Shown piece by piece: positions 58,568 through 59,839 of a DNA stretch of 59,839 bases. Under the pieces are notes generated by a model. That model saw only the letters and a program-made list of their open reading frames with translations. It ran no database searches and was not told the origin of the DNA. A program made the translations under genes and the position numbers. Position 1 is the first letter of the stretch; every line of letters begins with the position of its first letter. This DNA comes from a virus, in IMG/VR virus record IMGVR_UViG_3300019487_000018, positions 133,459-193,297 of that record. One strand, 5' to 3'.

Positions 58568-58765
58568 TTACTTCTGGGTGACGTTCAGCGAGATGCCGAC
58601 GCTGCCGTGGTCGCCTGCATCGACGAAGTTGTAGCCGCGGCTGGACGCGATCAGCTCGCTCTTGCCGGTCGAGCTCTTGCCGAGCGACTTCGACAGATCG
58701 ATCTCGATCGTCATCTTCGAACCGGCGACGGTCACGACGGCGTTGTTGTCTTTGGAGTTCAGCAT
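58568..58765 (-). CDS. Small hypothetical protein
   Basis: AGGAG RBS; IDLSK..G.SSTGKS.LIASSRG. Confidence 0.7.
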   Translation of the reverse strand: MLNSKDNNAVVTVAGSKMTIEIDLSKSLGKSSTGKSELIASSRGYNFVDAGDHGSVGISLNVTQK

Positions 58766-58875
58766 GAATGATGCTCCTATGAAGGTTGGTGGATGGAAAG
58801 CGCCTTGAGAAGGCAACGAACACTCTATACCATACAGCGTGGTTAGGTCAACCTGACCAGGCGGACCTGGGAGAT

Positions 58876-59235
58876 TTAGATCTCCCTTAAGAGGGTCAAG
58901 CAGTCCACATCCTCATTTGTGGCAACTACAGGATTGAGGTTGAATGCAGGAATCGAACACGTTGATAGTTGAAGGAACGAATCGTATTTCACAATGTGGA
59001 CTGCAATGTCGGGATGGTTGGCTTCAAACCATTCACGAATCGGCTTAACGTATGCCTTGCCACGACCCCGCCGAGATTGACCATCTCGTATGTGCACATT
59101 TAACACGCTGACGATTTCGTTTCCGAAAACCGATTGGATCGCACAGTGAAAACCGAGAGAGATCAAATGCTTCTTCAGCTCAAGGCCATTCCACTGCGTG
59201 ACGCCAGACGTTTGCATGTCAGGCCTTCTCTCCAC
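58876..59235 (-). CDS. Hypothetical protein
   Basis: ORF in the minus-strand run. Confidence 0.5.
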   Translation of the reverse strand: MERRPDMQTSGVTQWNGLELKKHLISLGFHCAIQSVFGNEIVSVLNVHIRDGQSRRGRGKAYVKPIREWFEANHPDIAVHIVKYDSFLQLSTCSIPAFNLNPVVATNEDVDCLTLLREI

Positions 59236-59521
59236 GATACAGAGGAGATACCTCAGGCCAAACGGCCAGATAATTCAATAGCCGTTTGTCACTAGCTTCG
59301 AACTCCCCCAAGTGGGTACACGCGATGGCGCACGAAATGTGCCACTTCTTACCTGTCCAGTAGATGTATTCGACTTCGTGTTCACGCTCCCACCAGTCAC
59401 CAACGTTTTCATCATCGGTGAAAGTGACTCGGCATCCATTAACAGGTACGTACATGACTTCGATATGCATGTGTGTGGCGATTTCGAAGTACTGGGCAAT
59501 CTCAGCAGGCAATGGACGCAT
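59219..59521 (-). CDS. Hypothetical protein
   Basis: AGGAG RBS before MRPLPAE. Confidence 0.55.
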   Translation of the reverse strand: MRPLPAEIAQYFEIATHMHIEVMYVPVNGCRVTFTDDENVGDWWEREHEVEYIYWTGKKWHISCAIACTHLGEFEASDKRLLNYLAVWPEVSPLYRGEKA

Positions 59522-59839
59522 GTGAACTCCTATTGATAACGTGACATGCACAATACACCACTTCAATTAAAGCGTCAATAGAAACGATGTACTTCGCCGT
59601 GATGTTGCAAGTGGATAATTGATGTCGAAGCATATTTCGATCCGACGAAAGTCTCAACGTTGGCCAAGTTTGGCTTGTCATAGGTAAGCAAGCCTTTCTC
59701 TTTCGCTCGCCTGTGGAGACCAGATTCGCCTCGTCGCGGACTTTTACGAAAAACTCTTGACGGTCGGACCCTAATGTGAGATAATGGGTACATCGTGGTT
59801 GCAAAAGACGAGCGAGAAGGTATGGAGTTTGTCTTTACA

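Noticed and set aside
51985-58771. Long plus-strand ORFs (51985-52839, 53269-54921, 57791-58771; also 43244-44200)
   Set aside because: Antisense shadows of codon-biased minus-strand genes such as rIIA/rIIB; no motifs or RBS.

Overview
This window is a fragment of a large (jumbo-type) tailed dsDNA phage genome. The host is probably proteobacterial (inferred from ErpA, Fe/Mn-SOD and sigma70-like promoters). 1-7 kb: a tightly coupled operon of four radical SAM/SPASM enzymes (the first is truncated by the window edge), two 2OG-Fe(II) oxygenases and unknown proteins, invaded by HNH homing endonucleases. 7.6-18.3 kb: virion/tail-fibre genes, an RCC1-repeat protein and a GT9-like glycosyltransferase. 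18-34 kb: auxiliary genes (miniature DnaE-like protein, SOD, GNAT, UDG, FolE2, a P-loop kinase with a class-3 intein, a nucleotidyltransferase, macro domain, QueD-like, ErpA, PTH2-like), three tRNAs and several candidate structured ncRNAs. 35-43 kb: small genes including an HD hydrolase and a tyrosine phosphatase. 43-59.8 kb: a visibly GC-richer minus-strand early region built from promoter-gene cassettes, including rIIA/rIIB. Most notable: (i) a coiled-coil protein gene immediately followed by a ~240-nt end-paired RNA carrying TTG/GGATTG repeats, with a diverged remnant of both nearby; (ii) a second duplicated ncRNA showing covariation; (iii) a diverged tandem duplication whose junction falls exactly at the intein insertion codon; (iv) many 31-83 bp coding fragments copied to distant loci. 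All family calls come from motif recognition by eye; no database search or folding was run.
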